Origin: Candidatus Methylomirabilota bacterium
GTDB taxonomy: Bacteria; Methylomirabilota; Methylomirabilia; Rokubacteriales; CSP1-6
Assembly: GCA_035249225.1 (NCBI GenBank)
Contig: DATFGS010000306.1
Location: 1-42,170, forward strand
Direction: 5' to 3'
DNA: 42,170 nt
How positions within the stretch are numbered: the stretch's first letter is position 1; every line of letters begins with the position of its first letter. Below the pieces are notes generated by a model that was given only the letters and a program-made list of their open reading frames with translations, was not told the DNA's origin and did not search any database. Positions 33,080-41,492 of this stretch are shown piece after piece. A program made the position numbers and the translations under genes.

Positions 33080-35379
33080 CCGAGCCCCAGGGCGACGGCT
33101 GGGTCGGCAAGCCGCTCAAGCGCCGGGAGGATCATCGCCTCCTCATCGGCGCGGGCGCCTACGTGGACGACCTGGCGCCGCCGGGGTGTCTGCACGTCGC
33201 CCTGCTCCGCTCCCCGCACGCCCGCGCCCGCGTGGTCGGCCTCGACGTGGAGGCGGCGCGGGGCGCCCCCGGCGTCCGCGCGGTGGTCACCGGCAAGGAC
33301 GTGGCGCATCTCGCGCCGATGCCGGTGAACCGCCTCGTCCCGGACATGCGCGTGCCGCCCCATCCGATCATCGCGGAGAGCCAGGTCCACGCGGTGGGCA
33401 TGCCGGTCGCCGCGGTGGTCGCCGAGGACGTCTACGCGGCCCACGACGCGCTCGACCTGATCGGCGTGGAGTACGAGCCCCTGCCCGCCCTGCCCCAGCC
33501 GGAGGGCGCCCTCGCCGCGGACGCCCCGCTCCTCTTCTCGGGCATCGACGGCAACCGCGCGCTCACCCGGATCGTTCGGGAAGGTGACGTTCATCGGGCC
33601 TTCGCGGCGGCGGCCCACGTGGTCCCGCTGCGGGTGGCCCAGAACCGCATCTCGGCGGTGGCGATGGAGCCGCGCTCGGTGCTGGCGAGCTACGACCGCA
33701 CGACCGGCGACCTCACGATGTGGGTGTCCTGCCAGGCCCCGTTCCGCATCCGCGGCGAGGTCGCGCGGCTGCTCGAGCTGCCCGAGGGCCGCGTGCGCGT
33801 GATCGCGCCCGACGTGGGCGGCGGGTTCGGCGTGAAGACCGGCCCCTACCGCGAGGACGTGCTGCTCGCCTGGCTCGCCCGCGAGCTGGGCCGCCCGGTG
33901 AAGTGGGTCGCGACGCGCCGCGAGGACCAGGTCACCACCAACCAGGCGCGCGGCTCGGTCTGCGAGGGCGAGCTGGCGCTCGACGCGGGCGGGCGCATCA
34001 CCGGCCTCCGCGCCCGGGTCACCGCGCCCCTCGGCGCGCACCTCATGAACGCGGCGGCGGGCTCCCCGTGGAACCACGTGCGCTGCATGCCCGGGGCCTA
34101 CGTGATCCCCGCGTGCGACATCACGGTCCACGGCGCGCTCACCACCACCGCGCCGGTCTCCGCCTACCGCGGCGCGGGCCGGCCGGAGGCCTGCTTCTTC
34201 ATCGAGCGCCTGATCGACACCGCCGCGCGCGCGATGCGGCTCGATCCGGCCGAGCTGCGGCGCCGCAACCTGATTCCGCCCGACCGCTTCCCGTTCAAGA
34301 CCATCACCGGCCAGGTCTACGACTCGGGGGACTACCCGCAGGCGCTGGACCGCGCGCTCCGGGCCGCCGACTACGACGGGATGCGGCGCCGCCAGGCCGA
34401 GCGGCGCGCGCGGGGCGAGATCGTCGGCGTCGGGCTCGTCTCCTACGTGGAGCCCTGCGCGCTCGGCTGGGAGAGCGGGTCCATCCGCGTGGAGCGGTCG
34501 GGCAAGGTCACCGCGATCACCGGCTCGAGCGCGCACGGCCAGGGGCACGAGACCACCTTCGCGCAGGTCGTCGCCGATCACCTGGGCGTCACCCCGGACG
34601 AAGTCACGGTGCTCCACGGCGACACGCGTTCGGGCCCGGAGGGCTTCGGCACCTTCGGGAGCCGGAGCGTGGCCCTGGGCGGCGGCGCGCTCGTGCGCAC
34701 CTCGGTCGAGGTGCGCGACAAGGGCCGCCGCATCGCGGCGCGGATGCTCGAGGCGGCGGTCGAGGACATCGTGCCGGTGCGGGGTGGCTTCCAGGTCGCG
34801 GGGGTGCCGCAGAAGCGCGTGGCCTGGAAGGAGGTGGCCGCCGCGGCCTGGGCGGGCGGCGGCGCCCTGCCCCCGGGCGACACGCCGGGGCTCGAGGCCA
34901 CCACCTACTTCCAGCCCGGCGGCGAGGCGTGGAGCTCGGGCGCGGTGGTCTGCGGGCTCTCGATCGAGCGGGAGACCGGCGAGCTGCGCCTCGAGCAGCT
35001 CGTGTGGGTGGACGACGCGGGGACGATCATCAACCCGCTGCTGGCGGAGGGACAGCTCCACGGGTCGCTGGCGCAGGGCCTGGGCCAGACCCTGATGGAG
35101 GCGATCGTCTACGACCCCGACGGCCAGTGCCTGACCAGCACCCTGATGGACTACGCGATCCCGCGGGCGGCCGACGTGCCGCCGGTGCTGATCGAGAAGA
35201 TGCACTCCGCCTCGCCGCTCAACCCGCTCGGGGCCAAGGGGCTGGGCGAGGCCGGGTGCATCGCGATCCCGCCCGCGGTCGTGAACGCGGCGGTGGACGC
35301 GCTCGCGCCACTCGGCGTCGGCCACCTCGACATGCCGCTGACCCCCGAGCGCCTGCGGGCCGCGCTCACCGGGCGCTAG
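33076..35379 (+). CDS. Xanthine dehydrogenase/CoxL-family molybdopterin-binding large subunit (form II-like)
   Basis: ATGA overlap with the hydrolase stop. 767 aa. The active-site loop AYRGAGR (34162-34182) is the form II CoxL-like variant. No adjacent small or medium subunit genes. Confidence 0.88.
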   Translation: MTEPQGDGWVGKPLKRREDHRLLIGAGAYVDDLAPPGCLHVALLRSPHARARVVGLDVEAARGAPGVRAVVTGKDVAHLAPMPVNRLVPDMRVPPHPIIAESQVHAVGMPVAAVVAEDVYAAHDALDLIGVEYEPLPALPQPEGALAADAPLLFSGIDGNRALTRIVREGDVHRAFAAAAHVVPLRVAQNRISAVAMEPRSVLASYDRTTGDLTMWVSCQAPFRIRGEVARLLELPEGRVRVIAPDVGGGFGVKTGPYREDVLLAWLARELGRPVKWVATRREDQVTTNQARGSVCEGELALDAGGRITGLRARVTAPLGAHLMNAAAGSPWNHVRCMPGAYVIPACDITVHGALTTTAPVSAYRGAGRPEACFFIERLIDTAARAMRLDPAELRRRNLIPPDRFPFKTITGQVYDSGDYPQALDRALRAADYDGMRRRQAERRARGEIVGVGLVSYVEPCALGWESGSIRVERSGKVTAITGSSAHGQGHETTFAQVVADHLGVTPDEVTVLHGDTRSGPEGFGTFGSRSVALGGGALVRTSVEVRDKGRRIAARMLEAAVEDIVPVRGGFQVAGVPQKRVAWKEVAAAAWAGGGALPPGDTPGLEATTYFQPGGEAWSSGAVVCGLSIERETGELRLEQLVWVDDAGTIINPLLAEGQLHGSLAQGLGQTLMEAIVYDPDGQCLTSTLMDYAIPRAADVPPVLIEKMHSASPLNPLGAKGLGEAGCIAIPPAVVNAAVDALAPLGVGHLDMPLTPERLRAALTGR

Positions 35380-35920
35380 CGAACCGCCGCTGCACCACCG
35401 CCGGGTACCGGCGGCTGAACCACACCGCGGCCGCGAAGGCGGCGACCGAGGCCGCCACGTCCACCCAGATCGGAATCGCCGCCACGTACTCCGCCGCCGC
35501 GTCGGCCGCGACCAGCACCGCGAAGGCGGCCGCCCACACCGTGGTGATCAGGCGATTGGTGGTGTGGAACACGGGCAGGGCCCAGACCGGCTCGGGGACC
35601 CGCTCGCGCGCGTACTGCAGCGTGAACGGCCGGCCGATGGCCAGCGAGACCACCGCGATCGCGAGCAGGCCGGTGTCCACCGCGAGCCGCACCGTGGCCA
35701 CCGTCCAGGCCGGGGCGGCCAGCAATGTGTACGCGGTGAGCGCGCCGAACACCACGAGGCTGCCGACCTCGAGGATCTTGAGCGACTCGCCGCGCCGCAC
35801 CATGCGGAAGCACAGCACCAGCGACACGGCGACCGCGGCCACCAGGCCGGCCAGCGGCGAGACGAGGCGCATCAGCACGAAGAAGGCCACGAAGGGCGAG
35901 AGGCTGAGCAGGATGCTCAT
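35366..35920 (-). CDS. Integral membrane protein of unknown function (184 aa)
   Basis: ATG at 35920 overlaps the tetR stop (ATGA). Five to six hydrophobic helices. Overlaps the 3' end of the CoxL-like gene by 14 nt. Confidence 0.7.
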   Translation of the reverse strand: MSILLSLSPFVAFFVLMRLVSPLAGLVAAVAVSLVLCFRMVRRGESLKILEVGSLVVFGALTAYTLLAAPAWTVATVRLAVDTGLLAIAVVSLAIGRPFTLQYARERVPEPVWALPVFHTTNRLITTVWAAAFAVLVAADAAAEYVAAIPIWVDVAASVAAFAAAVWFSRRYPAVVQRRFASAR

Positions 35921-36543
35921 GGCGTGCCTTTCGGCGAGGCGACGCCCGATCGCGCGCCCGCCACGAGCAGCCGCATCGCCTCCTGCTGGATGGTCCGGAA
36001 GTCCGGGGTCTCGGGCAGCTTGCCGGCCAGGTGCAGCACGACGAGCCCGTGCATGGTGGCCCAGAACACGTAGCCCAGGAGCTGCGCGTCGCCCGCGAAG
36101 ATGCCCGCCTCGACCAGGGCCTCGAGCGCCGCGCTGATCATCTGGCGCGCCCGGGCGCTCGCGCGGACCAGCTCCGGGTAGCGATCCGGGTGCGGCTGCG
36201 AGAGATCGAACATCAGACGGTACGCGTCGGGGTCGCCGAGCGCGAAGCGGATGTAGGCCTCGCCCATCGCCTGGCCGCCCGCGCGCAGATCGCCGGCCGT
36301 CTTCCGGGCCGCGTCCTCGAGCGCGCTCGCGAAGCGGTCGAACGCGGCCGCGCGCACCGCGGCGAGGATCTCCTCCTTGTTGCGGAAGTAGCGGTAGGGC
36401 GTCATCGGGCTGCAGCCCAGCGCGTCGGCGAGCTGCCGCATGCTGACCCCCTCCACCCCGTCCTTGGCGAAGCGCTTCTGGGCCACCGCGCACAGCCGCG
36501 CGCGGAACGCGTCGACGTCGGCCCGCGACAGGTTCCTGGGCAT
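35917..36543 (-). CDS. TetR/AcrR family transcriptional regulator
   Basis: The N-terminal HTH GVEGVSMRQLADALGCSPMTPYRYFRNKEEIL is a classic TetR signature. Confidence 0.9.
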   Translation of the reverse strand: MPRNLSRADVDAFRARLCAVAQKRFAKDGVEGVSMRQLADALGCSPMTPYRYFRNKEEILAAVRAAAFDRFASALEDAARKTAGDLRAGGQAMGEAYIRFALGDPDAYRLMFDLSQPHPDRYPELVRASARARQMISAALEALVEAGIFAGDAQLLGYVFWATMHGLVVLHLAGKLPETPDFRTIQQEAMRLLVAGARSGVASPKGTP

Positions 36544-36546
36544 GGG

Positions 36547-37488
36547 TCAGGCGTCGGGCGGCCGCGACCGCGGGAACTCGCGCACGTACTTGAAGAACCG
36601 GGCGAGGTGGCGGTCGGAGGCCACGAGCATCCGCGGCCGGAAGCGGATGGTGTCGAGCACCGGCGCGTCCTCCGCGATGAGCTGCCGCACGAACGCGCCC
36701 AGCTCGGCGAGCCGCTCCGCCGCGCCGTCCCGTCCCCGCCCGCTCTCGCGCACCCCGTAGACGTAGAAGCCCCGCGTGTGGCCGTGGGCGATGGGCGCGC
36801 CGGTGAAGAGCATGAACATGTGCTGGTCGCCCATGCCCAGGTGCTGCGAGAAGGTGTTGACCCCGGTGATGCGGCCCTCCTGCACGAAGACGGACGCGTC
36901 GATCCGGTACTCGATGCTATGCTCCCCCACGGTCACGGCGTCCGGATCGACCACGGGCAGGCCGTGGAGGGCGCGCAGATGCTGAAAATCGACGCCGTTC
37001 GACGTGGCGACCCAGGGATCGGTGGCCCGCGTCCCGCGGAAGTGGGTCTCGTAGATCAGCTCGCGTTCCTCCGCCCCGGGAATGCCCGGCACCGCGAAGG
37101 TCGGGGTCTCGCCGTTGAACGCCCAGATCAGCCCCCACGCCTCCGCGGACGGATAGGTCGCGATGCGGGCGCCGAGCGGGATCTTGTCGCCGGCCGGGAT
37201 GTCGACGCACGTGCCGGCGCAGTCGAACGTCCAGTGGTGGTAGGCGCAGCGGATCTGCCCGTCCACCACCTGGCCCACCGAGAGGTCCGCGCCCAGGTGG
37301 GGGCAGAAGGCGCCCTGCACCACCGCCCGCCCGGCCGCGTCCCGATAGAGGATCACGCGCGTGCCGAGGACGTCCACGCCGATGACCCGTCCGGCCGTCA
37401 CGTCGCCGGCCAGGGCCAGGGGGAACCACGACCGGTGAAAGCCCGCCGCCTCTTCGTCCTGCCGCCGCCGCTCCAGGGTGAGGGTCAT
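36547..37488 (-). CDS. Rieske [2Fe-2S] non-heme iron oxygenase (KshA/VanA-like single component)
   Basis: ATG at 37488 after AAGGAGG. Rieske motif CPHLG...CAYHHW. Mononuclear iron motif DFQHLRALH. Confidence 0.88.
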   Translation of the reverse strand: MTLTLERRRQDEEAAGFHRSWFPLALAGDVTAGRVIGVDVLGTRVILYRDAAGRAVVQGAFCPHLGADLSVGQVVDGQIRCAYHHWTFDCAGTCVDIPAGDKIPLGARIATYPSAEAWGLIWAFNGETPTFAVPGIPGAEERELIYETHFRGTRATDPWVATSNGVDFQHLRALHGLPVVDPDAVTVGEHSIEYRIDASVFVQEGRITGVNTFSQHLGMGDQHMFMLFTGAPIAHGHTRGFYVYGVRESGRGRDGAAERLAELGAFVRQLIAEDAPVLDTIRFRPRMLVASDRHLARFFKYVREFPRSRPPDA

Positions 37489-37516
37489 GTCGGCCTCCTT
37501 GGATAGACACCGTACA

Positions 37517-37546
37517 TTTACATCGTAAACAACGTCAAGCTTATTT
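37517..37546 (+). promoter_or_regulatory. AT-rich divergent promoter with palindrome TTTACatcGTAAA (candidate TetR operator)
   Basis: TTTAC (37517-37521), ATC, then GTAAA (37525-37529). The plus strand reads TTTACA-N18-TTATTT. It is the only markedly AT-rich stretch in the window. Confidence 0.4.
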
Positions 37547-37563
37547 TCGGAGGGAGACGACCC

Positions 37564-38565
37564 ATGCGATCCATCGACATCCACGCGCACGTGGTGCCCC
37601 GGGCGGTCTGGCAGGCCGCCGAGACCGGCCGGGAGTGGTACGGCTTCCGCCACCAGGGCGGCGACGGCCTCGGCACGTTCCTGGGCGGCAACGGCAAGCG
37701 CACCGGCTTCACCTCCCCCAAGGTGCGCTTCACGCCGGAGGAGCGCCTGGCCGACATGGACGCCCAGGGGGTGGACGTGCAGGTGCTCTCCATCCACACC
37801 CCGTTCTTCGGCTATCACCTGGACGCCGCGCAGGGCACGGCGCTCGCGCGCGAGGTCAACGACGAGATCGCGGCGATGACCCGGCAGTGGCCCACGCGCT
37901 TCGCCGGCCTCGCCACCCTGCCCATGCAGGACACGAAGGCGGCGATCGCGGAGCTGGAGCGCGCGGTGACCACGCTCGGGCTCAAGGGCGCCGAGCTCGA
38001 CACGATCGTGAACGGGGAGAACTGGGACGCGCCGCGCTTCCTGCCCTTCTTCAAGGCCGCCGAGGCGATGGGCGCGATGCTCTTCTACCACCCGCAGCCG
38101 CAGCACAACTTCCTGACGGAGCGCACCACGCGCTACGGGCTCTTCAACAGCCTGGGCGTGATCCTGGAGGACGCCATCGTGGTCGGCATCCTGATCCTGG
38201 GCGGCGTGCTCGAGGCGTGCCCGAGCCTCAAGGTGTGCATCGCCCACGGCGGCGGGCCCGCCTGCTACGCGATGGGGCGCCTCGACCGGAGCTGGCAGGG
38301 CAATCCCGACGCGCGCCAGTCCATCCCGCGCGCGCCGAGCACCTACCAGAAGCAGCTCTACTACGACACGGTGGTCGGCAGCGAGGCCGCGCTCCGCTTC
38401 ACGATCGACCAGGTCGGCATCGACCGCGTGGTGCTCGGCAGCGACTGGCCGTTCGTGCCGTGGCACCCGTCCCCGGTCGCGTGGGTGCAGGGGCTCGCCA
38501 GCCTGACCGCGGACGAGAAGGAGCGGATCCTCTGGCGCAACCTCGAGTCGCTGCTGAAGCTCTGA
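37564..38565 (+). CDS. Amidohydrolase_2 family protein (ACMSD/LigW-like decarboxylase or hydrolase)
   Basis: ATG after GGAGGGAG. N-terminus MRSIDIHAHVVP (HxH) and C-terminal VLGSDWPF are typical of the amidohydrolase_2 family. Confidence 0.85.
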   Translation: MRSIDIHAHVVPRAVWQAAETGREWYGFRHQGGDGLGTFLGGNGKRTGFTSPKVRFTPEERLADMDAQGVDVQVLSIHTPFFGYHLDAAQGTALAREVNDEIAAMTRQWPTRFAGLATLPMQDTKAAIAELERAVTTLGLKGAELDTIVNGENWDAPRFLPFFKAAEAMGAMLFYHPQPQHNFLTERTTRYGLFNSLGVILEDAIVVGILILGGVLEACPSLKVCIAHGGGPACYAMGRLDRSWQGNPDARQSIPRAPSTYQKQLYYDTVVGSEAALRFTIDQVGIDRVVLGSDWPFVPWHPSPVAWVQGLASLTADEKERILWRNLESLLKL

Positions 38566-38575
38566 GGCCGGCCGG

Positions 38576-38956
38576 CTACTTGAACACCCCCGCGCGGTCG
38601 AGCTCCATCAGCGCCTGCGCCCCGGTGCTGAACGTGGGCCCGCCCCCGGGCACCGCGGCGGACTGGATGGCCTCCAGCAGCTCCCGCTTGGTCGCGCCGT
38701 GGTCGATGGCCCGCCGCATGTGGGCGATCACGCCCTCCTTGCGGCCGCGGAAGGCGAGGATGCCGATGATGACCATCTCGCGATACTTGACCGACAGCTC
38801 CTTGCCCTCGCCGATCGAGAGCGCGCTGAGGGGCTGTCGGGCCTTCACGTACTCCGGGTCTTCGCGGGCGACCCACTCCCAGAACGGGTAACCGTAGGGG
38901 TTCTTGGTCCCGCTCTCGGCGCGCGGGGCCTTCGTGGGCTGGCGGCGTGGGCTCAT
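38576..38956 (-). CDS. Carboxymuconolactone decarboxylase (AhpD-like) family protein
   Basis: RBS AAGGAGA. Pattern L..K..E...I......G........H...A...GAT..EL.EA similar to the CMD domain. Confidence 0.75.
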   Translation of the reverse strand: MSPRRQPTKAPRAESGTKNPYGYPFWEWVAREDPEYVKARQPLSALSIGEGKELSVKYREMVIIGILAFRGRKEGVIAHMRRAIDHGATKRELLEAIQSAAVPGGGPTFSTGAQALMELDRAGVFK

Positions 38957-38984
38957 CGTGGTCTCCTTCGCGGGTCGTGAGACG

Positions 38985-39839
38985 TCAGGCGGCCAGGCCG
39001 AGCGCGCGGCCGGTCTCGGAGGCGAAGCGCTCGAGCGCGGCCGCGTCCATCGTGGGCTGCGGGCGCAGGATCAGCCGGTGCACGCCGGCCTGCGCGTAGG
39101 CGTCGATCGTCGCGCGGTCGGGCACGTCGTAGCCCGGCGGCGTCACGCTGATCTCGAGCGGGCCGAGCTCGGCCGGCCGCTTCGCGGTCCGCGCCGCCTC
39201 CTGGAGCGCGCTCACCCGCTTGCGGGTCGTCTCCACGTCCAGGCCGAAGCCGTACCAGCCGTGACCCTGGGTGACCGCCCGGCGATAGGCCGGCGCGCTC
39301 CCCCCACCCACCACGATCGGGATCGGCGCCTGGACCGGCCGCGGCATCGCCTGCACCGCCTCGAAGGTCACGTAGGAGCCGTGGTGCGCGGGCTTCGGCT
39401 GCGTCCACACCGCGCGCATCGCGGCCAGGTAGTCGTCCGAGACGCGCCCGCGCTCCTTGAAGGGCGCGCCCACCGACCGCATCTCGGGCTCGCACCAGCC
39501 GACGCCCAGCCCGAAGATCAGCCGGCCGTTCGAGAGCACGTCGAGCGAGGCGAGCTGCTTGGCCAGGACCAGGGCCTGCCGCTGCGGCAGGATGATGACC
39601 CCGGTGCCGAGCTTGATGCGGGAGGTGTGGGCGGCGAGGTAGGTGAGCGCCACCACCGGGTCGAGGAGCCGCATGTCGGGCGCCATCGGCCGGCCGGGCA
39701 CGGGCGGGTCCGGCAGCACCACGTGATCGGCCACCCAGAGCGACTCGAACCCGGCCGCCTCCGCGGCGCGCCCGATCCGCGCGGCCGCGTCCGGGTAGGC
39801 GCAGGTGTTCAGGTTGACGCCGTGCAGGCCGTACTTCAT
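38985..39839 (-). CDS. LLM-class F420-dependent oxidoreductase
   Basis: ATG at 39839. AGFESLWVADH, LGTGVIILPQR and GRLIFGLGVGW are typical of F420-dependent LLM proteins. Confidence 0.85.
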   Translation of the reverse strand: MKYGLHGVNLNTCAYPDAAARIGRAAEAAGFESLWVADHVVLPDPPVPGRPMAPDMRLLDPVVALTYLAAHTSRIKLGTGVIILPQRQALVLAKQLASLDVLSNGRLIFGLGVGWCEPEMRSVGAPFKERGRVSDDYLAAMRAVWTQPKPAHHGSYVTFEAVQAMPRPVQAPIPIVVGGGSAPAYRRAVTQGHGWYGFGLDVETTRKRVSALQEAARTAKRPAELGPLEISVTPPGYDVPDRATIDAYAQAGVHRLILRPQPTMDAAALERFASETGRALGLAA

Positions 39840-40729
39840 CGGCCGGGCGCCTTCATGCCGGCCAGCCGCTCGATGATCGTGAACACCACGCTGGTGTCCT
39901 GCTCGCCGAGCCCCGCGGCCAGGGCGGCCTGCTGGTAGTGCTGGGCCAGGTTCGAGAATGTCACCGGCACGTTGAGCTCCTTGGCGATGGTGTGGAAGGT
40001 CTCGAGGTCCTTGTTCATCAGCGTCACCTTGAAGCCGGGCTCGAAGTCGCGCGGGATCAGGGCGCGCGGGATGCGCTCGATGGCCTTGCTGCCGCCGCTG
40101 CTCGCCTTCACCACCTCGTAGATCGTCATCGGGTCGAGCCCCGCCTTCACGCCCAGCACGAAGCCCTCCATCATGGTGGCGCTGTTCACGCACGCCATCA
40201 TGTTGTTGATGGCCTTGATGGTGTTGCCCGCGCCCGCCGGCCCCACGTGGAAGATATTGGGCCCCATGGCGCGCAGCACCGGGCGCGCCTTCTCCATCGC
40301 CTCCGGGTCGCCGCCGACCATGATGGCGAGCGTGCCCGCGCGCGCTCCGGTGACGCCGCCGCTGACCGGCGCCTCGAGGAAGGACACGCCGCGGGACTTC
40401 GCGACCGGCTCGATCATCCGGGGGGTCTTGGGCAGCACGCTGCTCAGGTCGATCAGGATCGTGCCCGGCTTCGCCCGCTGCACGAGGCCGCCCTCGTCCA
40501 GGTACATGGCCTCCACGTCCGGGGAGGCCGGCAGCGAGGTCAGCACGACGTCGGAGGCGTCCACCACCTCCCGGGCGGAGGCGGCCCGCTTGGCCCCCGC
40601 CTGGATCAGGTTCTCCATGGCCTTGGGGTTCGTGTCGAACACCGTCATCGAGAAGCCGGCCTTGAGCACGTTGCCGGCCATCGGGTTGCCCATGTTGCCG
40701 ACACCGATGAACCCTACGGAGAGAGCCAT
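39836..40729 (-). CDS. NAD(P)-dependent 3-hydroxyisobutyrate dehydrogenase-family oxidoreductase
   Basis: ATG at 40729 after AAGGAGG. Rossmann motif VGFIGVGNMGNPMA. ATGA overlap with the downstream LLM gene. Confidence 0.88.
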   Translation of the reverse strand: MALSVGFIGVGNMGNPMAGNVLKAGFSMTVFDTNPKAMENLIQAGAKRAASAREVVDASDVVLTSLPASPDVEAMYLDEGGLVQRAKPGTILIDLSSVLPKTPRMIEPVAKSRGVSFLEAPVSGGVTGARAGTLAIMVGGDPEAMEKARPVLRAMGPNIFHVGPAGAGNTIKAINNMMACVNSATMMEGFVLGVKAGLDPMTIYEVVKASSGGSKAIERIPRALIPRDFEPGFKVTLMNKDLETFHTIAKELNVPVTFSNLAQHYQQAALAAGLGEQDTSVVFTIIERLAGMKAPGR

Positions 40730-40804
40730 TGCGCGCCTCCTTTGGCGGGACTGGGTGACCGCGAGAATCGACCGGGACGCGCCGAGCATAAACCTGCGCG
40801 ACGG

Positions 40805-41473
40805 ATGGATCAACGTGCGTTAGACTCCGGTCTAGTGTTACGAGAGTTCGCGCTGGAGCCGATCGGGCCCGTCTCCATCGAGGAGACGTCGGCGCAGAAT
40901 CTCCTCAAGCTCTCGACCCATACCTACTGGCGTCGGGTCTGGCCCGCCGGCCTGGGGCTGGCCGCCTACATCACCGACCGCTTCGGAGCCGACGGCCTGC
41001 GAGGCCGCGAGGTCCTGGATCTGGGCTGCGGCGTCGGCCTCATCGGCATCGTCTGCGGGCGCCTGGGGGCGAGCGTCACGTTCCTGGACCGTGAGGCCGC
41101 GGCCCTCGCCGCCGTCCGCCGCAACTGCCGGCGCAACGGCCTGGGGCCTGCCCAGACGATAGGCGGCGACTGGAATCACGGCGGGGAGCGCCTCGCCCCC
41201 GCCACCTACGACCTCGTGGTCGGCGGCGACGTGGTCTACGACGACGCGGAGTGGCCGGCCCTCGGCACGGGGCTGATGCGGACGCTGCGGCCCGGCGGCC
41301 AGGCCCTGCTGGCCGACCCCGGCTGGGTGCCGGACGCCAAGCTGCGGGCGGCCTTCCGAAGAAGTGGCTTCGCGGTCACCCGGGATCGCTGGACGGTGAG
41401 CTGGCCCCCCTGGCGGCCGACGCACCGGCAGGACAAGACCATCAACATCTACACGCTCCGCCGGTCCTCGTAA
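40805..41473 (+). CDS. Class I SAM-dependent methyltransferase, Methyltransf_16 (METTL21/protein-lysine MTase)-like
   Basis: VWPAGLGLAAYI...VLDLGCGVGLIG...DLVVGGDVVYD. Start is ATG 40805 or GTG 40835. Confidence 0.75.
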   Translation: MDQRALDSGLVLREFALEPIGPVSIEETSAQNLLKLSTHTYWRRVWPAGLGLAAYITDRFGADGLRGREVLDLGCGVGLIGIVCGRLGASVTFLDREAAALAAVRRNCRRNGLGPAQTIGGDWNHGGERLAPATYDLVVGGDVVYDDAEWPALGTGLMRTLRPGGQALLADPGWVPDAKLRAAFRRSGFAVTRDRWTVSWPPWRPTHRQDKTINIYTLRRSS

Positions 41474-41492
41474 CGCACCCCGGCCCGCGACT

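Noticed and set aside
33076-35379. Aerobic carbon monoxide dehydrogenase (CoxL).
   Set aside because: The active-site loop is AYRGAGR (form II) rather than the AYxCSFR of bona fide CO dehydrogenases. coxM, coxS and the accessory genes are absent.
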